This document shows positions 18,852 through 28,111 of a stretch of 28,111 bases of DNA, in pieces. The stretch is from Pseudomonadota bacterium. GTDB lineage: Bacteria; Pseudomonadota; Alphaproteobacteria; Paracaedibacterales; CAIOTO01. Location of the stretch: assembly GCA_040387495.1 (NCBI GenBank), contig JAZKDQ010000015.1, forward strand, positions 65,238 to 93,348, in the 5' to 3' direction. Position numbers and translations under genes: made by a program. A model generated the notes under the pieces. It was not told the DNA's origin. It ran no database searches and was given only the letters and a program-made list of their open reading frames with translations. Every line of letters begins with the position of its first letter. Position 1 is the stretch's first letter.

Positions 18852-20696
18852 ATGTCTGAACTATCAAACGTTACAGAGCAAATTAAAAATAGGATTATGC
18901 TAACGGATGTTTTATCGCCGTTCGTACAATTGCAACGACGTGGTGGCCGTATTGTAGGGCTTTGCCCTTTTCATAAAGAAAAATCTCCATCCTTTAATAT
19001 TGATAACGTAAAAGGTACCTATCATTGCTTCGGTTGTGGTCAGCATGGCGATCATTTTACCTTTTTATCTGAACATCAGGGAATGACATTTAATGAAGCT
19101 CTAATGCACCTTGCTGAGAAAGCTGGAGTGCAACTTCCTGAAAAGAAACCTAGGTCAACGCAGATACTGATTGATGGGGAATACAACGAAACGAGCACAC
19201 ACCAAAGTGAATATTCACAACAGGATAAGTGGCTAGAAATAATGGAGCAGGCATCTGTTTGGTACCAAGAAAAGTTTTTAACACCTGCAGCACAAGGCGT
19301 CAGAGACTATTTAGCTTCTCGTTCCTTATCGGATGAAATGGTAGAGCGGTTTCGTATTGGATTTGCACCTGCACATGAAAGTCTTGGGGATGCAATGCGC
19401 AAAATAGGTGTGGCACAAGCAGACTTAATTGCAGTTGGTCTTGTTACAGAAAATGGTGCTGATCGTTTTAAAGGACGCTTAATGTTTCCAATTTCTGATC
19501 CAAAAGGCCGTGTCATTGCTTTTGGTGGCAGAGCGCTTTCAAAAGATCAAGTACCAAAATATTTAAATTCACCTGAGACTCCTCTGTTTCACAAAAGTTC
19601 TGTTTTATATGCACAACACTATGCTTTTAAAGCTGTAACACGTGAAAACGGCCCGTTGGTAGTTGAGGGATATATGGATGTGATTACGCTCCATCAATTT
19701 GGTTTTGAAACGGCTGTGGCTCCATTGGGTACAGCTTTTTCTGATGATCACATAAGACGCCTTTGGCAGAGACACCCCTCGCCTATCTTTTGTTTTGATG
19801 GTGATGAAGCAGGAAAAAAGGCAGCTTTTCGAGTTGCTCAACGGATATTTCCATTATTGAAACCCCACTTTTTTGTGCAATTTTGTTTTTTACCAAATAG
19901 CGAAGACCCTGATACATATCTAAAAACCTATGGTAAAAATGATTTTAATAATCTTTTGCAAAAGTCTGCTTCATTGGTAAACACTGTATGGATGGGGTAT
20001 TTAAAAAAATTAAATATTACAGCAAAATCCACACCTGAAGAAAAAACTATTTTAAAGAAAGCACTTGCTCAGCATGTAGATGAAATTAGTGATCATGACT
20101 TGAAGCATTTTTTTCAACGCGATTTTAGTGACAGGTTTTATCAGTATTTTAACACCTTTAGTAAACAAGCAAAAAACATTGCAATAAAAAGTAAGGAAAA
20201 TAGTAACTTTTCTCCCATTCTTACGTCTGAAATCATGCAAACATTAAAAAAAGTTAAAAAAAATCACTTACCAGCAAAAATTTTGTTGGCAACTTTGAAA
20301 AACAACCCCACATTAATAACAAGGGTTTACGAAACGATTATTAATATAGAAGGTTTACCTGAAGATCTCGTTATGTTTCGTGATTATTTGTGTGAGCAAA
20401 ATTTTGATTCTGTAGAGATTCTAACGGAAGAAGCAGTAAAAAAAGGATTTTCGGACACACTATCTTCATTAGACGCTATTGATTTAAAATCAATAGCACC
20501 ATTTGCAATGATAGGAACAGAAAGTGAAGTCGCATTTCAAGGATGGATGGATGTATGGCAACAACATTATTTGAAATTAAGAGTTCAAAAAGAAACCACC
20601 ATGATGAAAGCTCGTTTGAAGTCTTCTTTAACTGAAAAAAGTTGGGAACAATGGCAACAAATTAAGACCGTATTAAATCATGAAACTAAAAACTAA
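18852..20696 (+). CDS. dnaG: DNA primase
   Basis: CPFH.EKSPSF...CFGC zinc finger, RLMFPI, PKYLNSPET, VEGYMDVI, FDGDEAG, DPD. Confidence 0.97.
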   Translation: MSELSNVTEQIKNRIMLTDVLSPFVQLQRRGGRIVGLCPFHKEKSPSFNIDNVKGTYHCFGCGQHGDHFTFLSEHQGMTFNEALMHLAEKAGVQLPEKKPRSTQILIDGEYNETSTHQSEYSQQDKWLEIMEQASVWYQEKFLTPAAQGVRDYLASRSLSDEMVERFRIGFAPAHESLGDAMRKIGVAQADLIAVGLVTENGADRFKGRLMFPISDPKGRVIAFGGRALSKDQVPKYLNSPETPLFHKSSVLYAQHYAFKAVTRENGPLVVEGYMDVITLHQFGFETAVAPLGTAFSDDHIRRLWQRHPSPIFCFDGDEAGKKAAFRVAQRIFPLLKPHFFVQFCFLPNSEDPDTYLKTYGKNDFNNLLQKSASLVNTVWMGYLKKLNITAKSTPEEKTILKKALAQHVDEISDHDLKHFFQRDFSDRFYQYFNTFSKQAKNIAIKSKENSNFSPILTSEIMQTLKKVKKNHLPAKILLATLKNNPTLITRVYETIINIEGLPEDLVMFRDYLCEQNFDSVEILTEEAVKKGFSDTLSSLDAIDLKSIAPFAMIGTESEVAFQGWMDVWQQHYLKLRVQKETTMMKARLKSSLTEKSWEQWQQIKTVLNHETKN

Positions 20697-20731
20697 TAAA
20701 TTTTAAATTTTAATAAGGAGCAACTTTAAAA

Positions 20732-22639
20732 ATGGCAAGTCGACCTATGCGAAAAGTTGAACATAACACAGCTGATGATTCAGCAGATGTTCCATTGATT
20801 GAACTTAGCAAATCAAATCCGACTTTAAAGCGATTGATTGCAAAAGGAAAAGAGCGTGGCTATATCACGTATGATGAGTTAAATGAGGCTCTTCCTCAAG
20901 ATCAATTGTCATCTGATCAAATCGATGAAACAATGACAATGATTGCTGAAATTGGAATCAGCATTGTTGATAGTGATGAAGAAGCAGAAGAAGCGTTGAC
21001 TGGTGATGAAACTGCAGTTAAACCTGATTTATCTGATTTTGATTTTACAGATAATGCAGAAGAAACTGAAGAAGAAGTGACTGGTCGCACAGATGACCCA
21101 GTACGTATGTACTTGCGTGAAATGGGTAACGTTGAGCTTTTATCTCGTGAAGGCGAAATTGCAATCGCAAAGCGTATTGAATCAGGTGTTGTTTCAATGA
21201 TTGGCGGTCTATGCGAAAGTCCTGTGACAGCTCAGCTTATTACCGTATGGGGCGACCTTCTTAATCAAGGAAAATTGATAACACGCGACTTAATTAGCGT
21301 GGATACATCAACAAATTTTGAAGAAGAACCCACGGAAGATGATGTTGAAGTTATCGAAGAGGCTGAAGCAATAGAAGAAGTTGCTATTGTTTTATCTGAT
21401 GCAGATGAAGCAGCACGTAATAAATTAATTATATTGTTCGATAAACATTTAAGTTTGTTTGCAGAACTTCGTCCACTGCAAGAAATATTAGTTGCTAAAA
21501 AGAAACCACTTTCAACAGGTGATTCAAAATATATAGCAATACGTGATAAATTGATTGCTAACTTTCAAGAAATAAAATTCAATTCACAACGTATTGAAGA
21601 CTTAGTAGAACATCATTCCCTTTTAAATAAGTCAGTTATGTTTTACGAACGCCATTTGCTAACTGCAGCTGAGACTAAAGGAATAAAGCGCGACAAAGCA
21701 CAGCCACGCCTTGTTAATCAGGCATACAGTGATGCATGGCTACAAGGACTTAAAGCGCTTAAAGAAAAAGGCTGGGCAGAATTTATTCTTGCTGAGTCGG
21801 AAAAGCTTAATGAAATTATAGAAGCTACACGTGAAATCGAAGAAAAATATGGCTTGCCCTTAAATGATTTCCGCCAAACGATTAACGCAATTCAACGTGG
21901 TGAACGTGAATCTTCGCGTGCAAAGAAAGAAATGATTGAAGCAAACCTTCGCTTGGTGATTTCCATTGCCAAGAAATACACGAATCGTGGATTACAATTC
22001 TTGGATCTTATTCAAGAAGGTAACATCGGGTTGATGAAAGCAGTTGATAAGTTTGAATACCAACGTGGTTATAAGTTCTCAACCTATGCAACATGGTGGA
22101 TTCGGCAGGCAATTACACGTTCAATCGCTGACCAAGCACGTACGATTCGTATTCCAGTTCACATGATTGAAACTATCAACAAATTAGTTCGTACATCACG
22201 CCAAATGATGAATGATATTGGACGTGAGCCAACGCCAGAAGAGCTTGCTGAAAAACTTATGATGCCACTTGATAAAGTTCGTAAAGTAATGAAAATTGCA
22301 AAAGAACCTATCAGCTTGGAAACACCTATTGGCGACGAAGAAGATAGCCATCTAGGTGACTTTATTGAAGATAAAAATGCTGTATTGCCGATTGATTCTG
22401 CAATCCATGCAAACTTGCGTGAAACAACAACACGCATATTATCTACACTTACAGCACGTGAAGAACGTGTGCTACGTATGCGCTTTGGTATTGGCATGAA
22501 TACGGACCATACACTTGAAGAAGTAGGACAACAATTTGCCGTCACGCGTGAGCGTATTCGTCAAATTGAAGCGAAAGCGTTGCGTAAACTAAAGCATCCA
22601 AGTCGCTCGCGTAAATTGCGGAGCTTTTTGGATACGTAG
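20732..22639 (+). CDS. rpoD: RNA polymerase primary sigma factor RpoD
   Basis: Region 1.1 ([13 protein letters not shown]), [56 protein letters not shown]. Confidence 0.99.
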   Translation: MASRPMRKVEHNTADDSADVPLIELSKSNPTLKRLIAKGKERGYITYDELNEALPQDQLSSDQIDETMTMIAEIGISIVDSDEEAEEALTGDETAVKPDLSDFDFTDNAEETEEEVTGRTDDPVRMYLREMGNVELLSREGEIAIAKRIESGVVSMIGGLCESPVTAQLITVWGDLLNQGKLITRDLISVDTSTNFEEEPTEDDVEVIEEAEAIEEVAIVLSDADEAARNKLIILFDKHLSLFAELRPLQEILVAKKKPLSTGDSKYIAIRDKLIANFQEIKFNSQRIEDLVEHHSLLNKSVMFYERHLLTAAETKGIKRDKAQPRLVNQAYSDAWLQGLKALKEKGWAEFILAESEKLNEIIEATREIEEKYGLPLNDFRQTINAIQRGERESSRAKKEMIEANLRLVISIAKKYTNRGLQFLDLIQEGNIGLMKAVDKFEYQRGYKFSTYATWWIRQAITRSIADQARTIRIPVHMIETINKLVRTSRQMMNDIGREPTPEELAEKLMMPLDKVRKVMKIAKEPISLETPIGDEEDSHLGDFIEDKNAVLPIDSAIHANLRETTTRILSTLTAREERVLRMRFGIGMNTDHTLEEVGQQFAVTRERIRQIEAKALRKLKHPSRSRKLRSFLDT

Positions 22640-22642
22640 AAA

Positions 22643-23245
22643 ATGAATGGCCCAGAACTTACACATGCTATATCACTTATGAGTCGTCTTCCTGGCCTTG
22701 GCCCGCGATCTGGAAGGCGACTTGTCTTGTATTTGCTCAAAAGACGCCAAGAAACATTAAGGCCTCTCCTGCAAGCATTACTTGAGATGGACCAAAAAGT
22801 AAAAACATGCAATCAATGTTTTTCGCTTGATACGCAAACTCCATGTTCCCTATGCACAGATGACAGACGCGATGTCACAAGTTTATGTGTTGTAGCCGAT
22901 GTGGCTGATGTATGGGCATTAGAGCGCGCACAGACATATAAAGGTCTATACCACGTCCTGGGAGGTCTTCTCTCTGCCATTGATGGAGTGATGCCGCATC
23001 AGCTAACGCTTGAGCCACTTATTAAACGTGTGAAGGATGGAGGCATCGATGAAGTAATTTTGGCATTGAATGCAACCGTCGAGGGGCAGACAACCTTGCA
23101 CTATATCGCAGACCTATTATCGCCTTATGGTGTTAAAGTTTCAACACTCGCACATGGTGTACCTGTGGGAGGAGAACTTGATTATCTTGACGATGGAACA
23201 CTCCATACAGCCTTTAAGGCGCGACGGGTTCTAGACGCTGCATAA
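22643..23245 (+). CDS. recR: Recombination mediator RecR
   Basis: LPGLGPRSGRRL, C4 zinc finger (CNQC...CSLC), YHVLGG, EVILA.NATVEGQTT, AHGVPVGGELDYLD. Confidence 0.96.
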   Translation: MNGPELTHAISLMSRLPGLGPRSGRRLVLYLLKRRQETLRPLLQALLEMDQKVKTCNQCFSLDTQTPCSLCTDDRRDVTSLCVVADVADVWALERAQTYKGLYHVLGGLLSAIDGVMPHQLTLEPLIKRVKDGGIDEVILALNATVEGQTTLHYIADLLSPYGVKVSTLAHGVPVGGELDYLDDGTLHTAFKARRVLDAA

Positions 23246-23271
23246 AAGATTGCATGATTTAGAGAAATACC

Positions 23272-23301
23272 TTGAAATTAAGGCTAAAACTCGTGTATAA
23301 A
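23272..23301 (+). promoter_or_regulatory. Possible sigma70 promoter for the tRNA
   Basis: TTGAAA (23272-23277), 18 nt spacer, TATAAA (23296-23301), 9 nt before the tRNA. Confidence 0.4.
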
Positions 23302-23310
23302 AAAACAATC

Positions 23311-23386
<76 letters not shown>

Positions 23387-23389
23387 ATC

Positions 23390-23415
23390 AAACTGCGGGT
23401 TTGTAAGCAGTTTTT
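23390..23415 (+). terminator. Possible intrinsic terminator after the tRNA
   Basis: AAACTGC-N10-GCAGTTT hairpin running into a T tract. Confidence 0.4.
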
Positions 23416-23629
23416 GATTAGACCAATAAACTCCAGGTAGCATATAGGTAGCACCAGAAATAATTTCGGTGCTGAAGTTTCGCTCCAGATCGAGATTTGT
23501 AAATTAATTTACAATTAGTATCCCCTCCCCCTCAAGAAGCAAGGATTGCTAAAGACATGGGAGTTTCTTCTAATACACTATGAGGTGAACTGATTTCTCA
23601 GTAACAGCTTAAGCTCCTACACATATAAC

Positions 23630-24673
23630 CTAAGTCCTACAAAATCCTTGGTCTATAGAGTTATCTAAGTCGTAAAATTCTATATTGTTATCAAGAAGAA
23701 GCTGCTTCAAATAATCTACTTGTTTTTTCATATTTTTAATTATCAGTTCTTTACTTGTTACAGTTCTTCTATTATTTAATTGAACTGAAGCGGTAGCCCA
23801 GCGAAGATTTCCTTTCTCATAACCTCTTTCATTATCGATACGGTCTAATGAAAGTTCTGCTGAACCCGGTTCTCCTACATATTCACAGATATATTCACAG
23901 AAGTTTTTTAAATCTTGTAATTCCGGACTTACTAGGATCCCGCGTCCACCATAATTTTCATACGCATGATGCTTTGGGTCATAACATCTTTGCATCATAG
24001 CATGGTGAGCTTTGTACACTTTTGATGTTTTTCCATCTTTACCCCTGGAAAGCCCATGTGTCTTATTAGGAGACACAAAATAGGGACAACTTGTTCCGCA
24101 ACTCTTAATAACACCTGATTTTAAATTATTCAATTGTTTATTTGTAATACTTCCACAAGAACACTTGCACTCTACGATACATTTTTTTAATACTTGATGA
24201 AACTTATAAACCCCTGTAGTTACTAAATTCCCAAAAGCTACTCCTGGTGTAATAGGTGGTTCATATAAAATACACTCATTACAACAATGCGTATATTTTA
24301 TGGTTTTTAAATGTATTAGTTGTTTGTATGAAATAATCCCACAATCACACTTGCATTCTAGTTTTGCATGAATTTTCTGTTTTCCAACTTTATACCCAGG
24401 AACATATGTACCTGTTAGCTCAAATACCCCAAAACGTGTTCCTGGTATAATCTTTGGTTTCTTAAAAATGCATTGATTACTACAATTTTTGGTTCTTCCA
24501 ATTTTTAAAGGCGTATATTCCTTGTTCAAAATTACTCCACAATCGCACTTACATTGTGCCATTGATCGAATTCTTTTAATTCCATCCATTTTTTCAGGAA
24601 TAAATAATCCTGTTGTTACTAGATTCCCGTAGCGTGTACCTGGAATTATTATTGGTAGTTTATTGCTTCCCAT
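23630..24673 (-). CDS. Phage-type HNH-like endonuclease-domain protein with three Cys-rich N-terminal repeats
   Basis: Three (I/P)I(I/T)PG..(Y/F)G...TG...CKC(D/S)CG...C...C units, then AMMQRCY.P...YENYGGRGI.V and SLDRIDN..GY..GN.RWAT...Q.NNRR; ATG 24673 with AGAGGA RBS. Confidence 0.75.
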   Translation of the reverse strand: MGSNKLPIIIPGTRYGNLVTTGLFIPEKMDGIKRIRSMAQCKCDCGVILNKEYTPLKIGRTKNCSNQCIFKKPKIIPGTRFGVFELTGTYVPGYKVGKQKIHAKLECKCDCGIISYKQLIHLKTIKYTHCCNECILYEPPITPGVAFGNLVTTGVYKFHQVLKKCIVECKCSCGSITNKQLNNLKSGVIKSCGTSCPYFVSPNKTHGLSRGKDGKTSKVYKAHHAMMQRCYDPKHHAYENYGGRGILVSPELQDLKNFCEYICEYVGEPGSAELSLDRIDNERGYEKGNLRWATASVQLNNRRTVTSKELIIKNMKKQVDYLKQLLLDNNIEFYDLDNSIDQGFCRT

Positions 24674-24957
24674 ATATCTTCCTCTAAGTAAATTTAGAGG
24701 CAATGCCGGATTAGAAGGGGATTTATAAGCTTATCTTCGTTTCTTCAGTTTTTTAAGGTTTTGTCTTTGCTTTAAAATTTTATCATATTTTCATTTTTAG
24801 CTCAATCCAAACATCCGCCAGCAATCATTGCCACTTATGTTTACACTTAATCAATAAGCAAACAGGAAGATTAAAACAAATTGGAAAAAGGAGGCATTTT
24901 CTACTTAATGCATAAAAACGGGTTGTTCTTGCCATTGATTCTTTGATGCTTAAGCAT

Positions 24958-26280
24958 TCACACCACGCGTGCTAATTCGTCCCAGCGTGTCGTGAAGCGT
25001 GGACTTCTCATCAGTTGTTTTGTTACATGTCGGGGTTTAATCCCACTCGAGGCAAAGAATACGGTGTCTTTCCCATTCAGTTGATTCAACTTATCGATGG
25101 CCACATTAAGAGCTATATTTTTTTGGGTATTATTGGTTGTTATTATCATTGGTGTAGGATGATCACTCAACATTTGCTTTTGTTTCTTCGCTCCCTCTTG
25201 GGTAAGATCCCACGCGCCAACCCCTGCTGCGTGATAAGTAAACCCCGGTCTAAATGCATGTCTCAGTGCTGCCAGAGCTCCTTTGATGAGTACTGAGGTA
25301 TTATTCGTGTAGGTATCAAACTCCATTATGGAAGTGCCCTTGTAATAAACTTCAGTGCTTGAGAAAGGACTGTTCCTACAAAACACATATATTGCGGGCG
25401 TGACTAGTTTTCGGCTTCTCAGCTTCTCTCCCAATCGTGTTGCGTGCACAGATACTGCTTGGGCAATGTCATCGAAGGATTTTAGCTTTACGCCAAAAGA
25501 TCTCGTAACTTGAATACTCTGTCGTTCAGGCTCGGACTCGTTAAAAGGCATGCATGATAGGCCCTGTAATTCTCGTACAAGCCGCTCTCCAATAACTCCC
25601 ATCGATTTCCTTGCCCATCATCGGGGGTCTTTGATCGAAAGGTCATACGCAGTGTATATACCCTGCTTCCTGAGCTTAGGTGTAAGTGACCTGCCAACAC
25701 CCCAGATCGAGCCAATCTCAGTTGCCTTTAATGCGGTATTTATTTCCTCATGTGTTTTGAGAATCATATATGTAGTGCGCTGCTTCTTTGCCATACGATT
25801 TGCCACTTTTGCCAGCGTCTTTGTGGGTGCTATTCCGATGGTGATTGGGATCCCTATGTATTTTAGGACAGTATCATACATTGTTTTTGCCATGATATTC
25901 ACGTCAGTAAGAGGATGATGAGAGAGGTCTATAAACGCTTCATCGATGCTGTAGACCTCAACATCAGGCGTGAACGTTCGAAGGATGGTCATCATACGAT
26001 TGCTGATGTCACCGTATAGCTCAAAGTTACTTGAAAAAATCTTGATACCATGTTGCTTGATAAGATGAGAAAATGTATGTAGGGGCGCTGCCATGGCAAT
26101 TCCAAGTGCTTTTGCTTCATTGCTACAGGCTATTGCACACCCATCATTATTGGAAAGGACAATGACGGGTTTGTTGTTAAGGGATGGGTTAAATATGCGC
26201 TCACAACTGACAAAGAAGTTATTGCCATCAACAATTGCAAAGAGAGACGAATGCTTAACGTGGCAAACCGTAAATGACAT
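24958..26280 (-). pseudogene. umuC: Y-family DNA polymerase V catalytic subunit (UmuC-like) with an internal in-frame TGA
   Basis: VDGNNFFVSCE, VLSNNDGC, FSSNFELYGDISNR, YSIDEAF, GIAPTKTLAKVAN, IWGVG, TRSFG, C-terminal SPRFTTRWDEL; both ORFs are in the same frame, separated by TGA at 25618-25620. Confidence 0.9.
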
Positions 26281-26537
26281 ATTGTATGCTTAAATTTGAA
26301 TATTGTTCAGCTATCATATTCCTTCGGTTGCCATTGTAAATCCCACTGTAAAAGCGAAAAATATTATTTATTTAAATTGACAAATATTATATTATAAGTA
26401 CAAATAAAATCGTAGTTTTACAGAAATCTTAGTACTTATATATAGATTTCTAATACCTTAGTTCGTATCTTGGCTTTGGCTTAACATCACCTTTCAGGTA
26501 ATCAATTATCTTTTGTAGTGACTCAATCATCTCGTGC

Positions 26538-26753
26538 TCACTCATCTTGTTTCCCCTGATCAGCAGGCATAACCTTGCCACTTTGTATGAATGCTTTAAC
26601 ATCCTCAATGTCATACATAATCTTCCCGCCGACCTTGTAATACATCGGGGCTTGCTTACGTAGACGTCGCATGCGTAATCCACCAGGTGTATAACCCATC
26701 ATCTCTGCTGCTTGCTTTGCAGCTATTAAGACATTGTTTTTATCTTCGTTCAT
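26538..26753 (-). CDS. Small helix-turn-helix DNA-binding protein (excisionase/AlpA-like)
   Basis: LIAAKQAAEMMGYT...LR..R....P.YYKVGGKIMYDIEDV..FI pattern, 71 aa. Confidence 0.75.
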   Translation of the reverse strand: MNEDKNNVLIAAKQAAEMMGYTPGGLRMRRLRKQAPMYYKVGGKIMYDIEDVKAFIQSGKVMPADQGKQDE

Positions 26754-27010
26754 TATGTAGTTATCCTTCTTTCTATATCTTCTATATCCTCTAACACGAA
26801 ACCTAAACCAAGTCTCATTGAATTAATGAGTGAAGAAACCCTATCAACACGACCAGAATCATTCGTATCTGTCAGCTCTGTAGTAGATACAAGGCCCTTG
26901 CAATAGGAGGAAAGCTCCGTATACCCGGCCTTATATATAAAGTGGTTTGTTTGTTCATCAATTATGGGATTAGCCGGCCACACATAGGTATCAGGCTTCA
27001 TGTTAATCAT
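26753..27010 (-). CDS. Hypothetical protein
   Basis: 85 aa ORF whose stop overlaps the HTH gene start (TAATG), suggesting translational coupling. Confidence 0.55.
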   Translation of the reverse strand: MINMKPDTYVWPANPIIDEQTNHFIYKAGYTELSSYCKGLVSTTELTDTNDSGRVDRVSSLINSMRLGLGFVLEDIEDIERRITT

Positions 27011-27094
27011 GTGTAAACCTTCCGTTGTTTATTAATCCAGTGTGATACATATAAACATATTTGTCTACACATGGCATGCGATGGAACAATAATA

Positions 27095-27529
27095 CTATTT
27101 CTTGCTGTGAAGTATCTCAAGTTGTTCTCGAATGATATCCAGTTCCTCAGCATTACATTTGTGAATCGAGAATCCCTTAGCTTCAACCAACTTGACAATC
27201 TCCTGTGCTTCTTCGAGTGAGAGTTCAGAATCGCCAACCTGACCTACTATCGCTGTCATTGCGGTGTTGATATCGGTCTGTGTATGTAGGTTCTTGATAG
27301 CATCACTTTTCACGAATGTTTGTGCTTTAGGGGTTGGCATCACTCGATCAAGTATAAGCTTAGATGCAGCCAGATCACCTGCTAATGCGAGCTCTATTAC
27401 CTTCTTTAAAATTGCCTCGGCATTCTCACTACCAATTCGTTCCAAGAAAATTTGAGCATTATTTTTGCTTCCCATTGGACGACCTTTACCGAATTGATTT
27501 CCAGGCTGAAAAGCATGTGATTTTTGCAT
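27095..27529 (-). CDS. DUF5681-like phage-associated protein (small-terminase-like N-terminus)
   Basis: FQPGNQFGKGRPMGSKN followed by VIELALAGDLAASKLILDR; AAGGA RBS. Confidence 0.7.
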   Translation of the reverse strand: MQKSHAFQPGNQFGKGRPMGSKNNAQIFLERIGSENAEAILKKVIELALAGDLAASKLILDRVMPTPKAQTFVKSDAIKNLHTQTDINTAMTAIVGQVGDSELSLEEAQEIVKLVEAKGFSIHKCNAEELDIIREQLEILHSKK

Positions 27530-27664
27530 GAAATAATTCCTTTTATAAGATTGCGTATATGGTTAATTTGCTGTTATTAGACGCTTTTGTTGATTTCAAA
27601 TCACATTTTCTAACAGGTTGAAGTAACATAACAATATAAACATATTATCACATGATTTACGTAC

Positions 27665-27975
27665 TTAAATCAAATGATTGGTGTTTTTATAAAATGAATT
27701 TTTCTCATTACTCGCCCTAACCCTCTTATGAATAAGCTGTGTAAAACCTTTACTCCAACACTGTACGGTAGCAGATCCACGAATGCTCATCATTTCTTCA
27801 AGTTCACGATAGCTTAAGGAAAAACGACACTTCATGTAGACAAATAAAAGAATCACACTTGGCGTTAAACAAAATCCTTTGAAATATTTGAGTAAGTCAC
27901 GAGAAACTTCAGGCATAAAATCACTCCTATTATTCTCACAGAATATAGGAGGATATCCTTGATTTCAACAGAGGC
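27665..27975 (-). pseudogene. Truncated IS6-family element (5' transposase fragment plus probable left IR)
   Basis: FKG......VILLFVYMKCRFSLSYRELEEMMSIRG; VDH motif deleted, no DDE core; GCCTCTGTTGAAATC (minus strand from 27975) resembles an IS6 end. Confidence 0.75.
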
Positions 27976-28111
27976 GAAGGAACCGCATCGGAACCGTTTC
28001 TACTATCTGCACGTAGCAGGAGTACCTCGGCAACTCATGCCGGTTGGGCAAGTGTCGGTTCAGTCGTATTTGCTGCGGTATAGATACAAGGCCTGGATTG
28101 GGCTAAGATGG

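Larger units (their letters stand above)
23387..28111. mobile_element. Putative tRNA-anchored genomic island / prophage or satellite remnant (right end probably outside window)
   Basis: Abrupt switch after tRNA-Lys from + strand housekeeping genes to - strand phage-type genes (HNH, umuC, HTH, DUF5681-like) plus an IS fragment; no integrase or second att copy in the window. Confidence 0.6.

Noticed and set aside
24730..24840. Possible decayed small basic ORF on the minus strand (...DKILKQRQNLKKLKKRR*)
   Set aside because: Needs a stop and a frameshift to extend and has no recognisable motif
25618..25620. TGA read as Trp (code 4) or Sec in umuC
   Set aside because: gpmI, mreC and mrdA end in TGA, Trp is TGG elsewhere, and the codon appears to be an insertion relative to homologues

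Overview
Low-GC bacterial chromosomal segment. Class I LysRS, the alpha-type RpoD and the mre/mrd genes point to an alphaproteobacterium, plausibly a Holosporales/Rickettsiales-like intracellular lineage (inference). The housekeeping backbone is lpxK(partial)-gpmI-envC-like, mreB-[ELM1-like]-mreC-mreD-mrdA-rodA, a Na+/solute symporter, xseB-hemB, lysS, and dnaG-rpoD-recR-tRNA-Lys(CTT). It is interrupted by a decayed IS903-group element and an intact IS6. A phage/satellite-like island remnant follows the tRNA: a repeat-containing HNH-type protein, a umuC broken by a 3-nt duplication, HTH and DUF5681-like genes, and an IS6 fragment. The standout is a lone, catalytically intact tyrosine recombinase (3581-4807). 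It is preceded by a perfectly symmetric 16-6-16 bp site with a dif-type ATAA-N6-TTAT core that overlaps a predicted promoter, and four KOPS-like octamers are oriented toward it. This is a candidate self-contained single-recombinase Xer/dif-like system. All calls are by-eye motif recognition; no searches were run.
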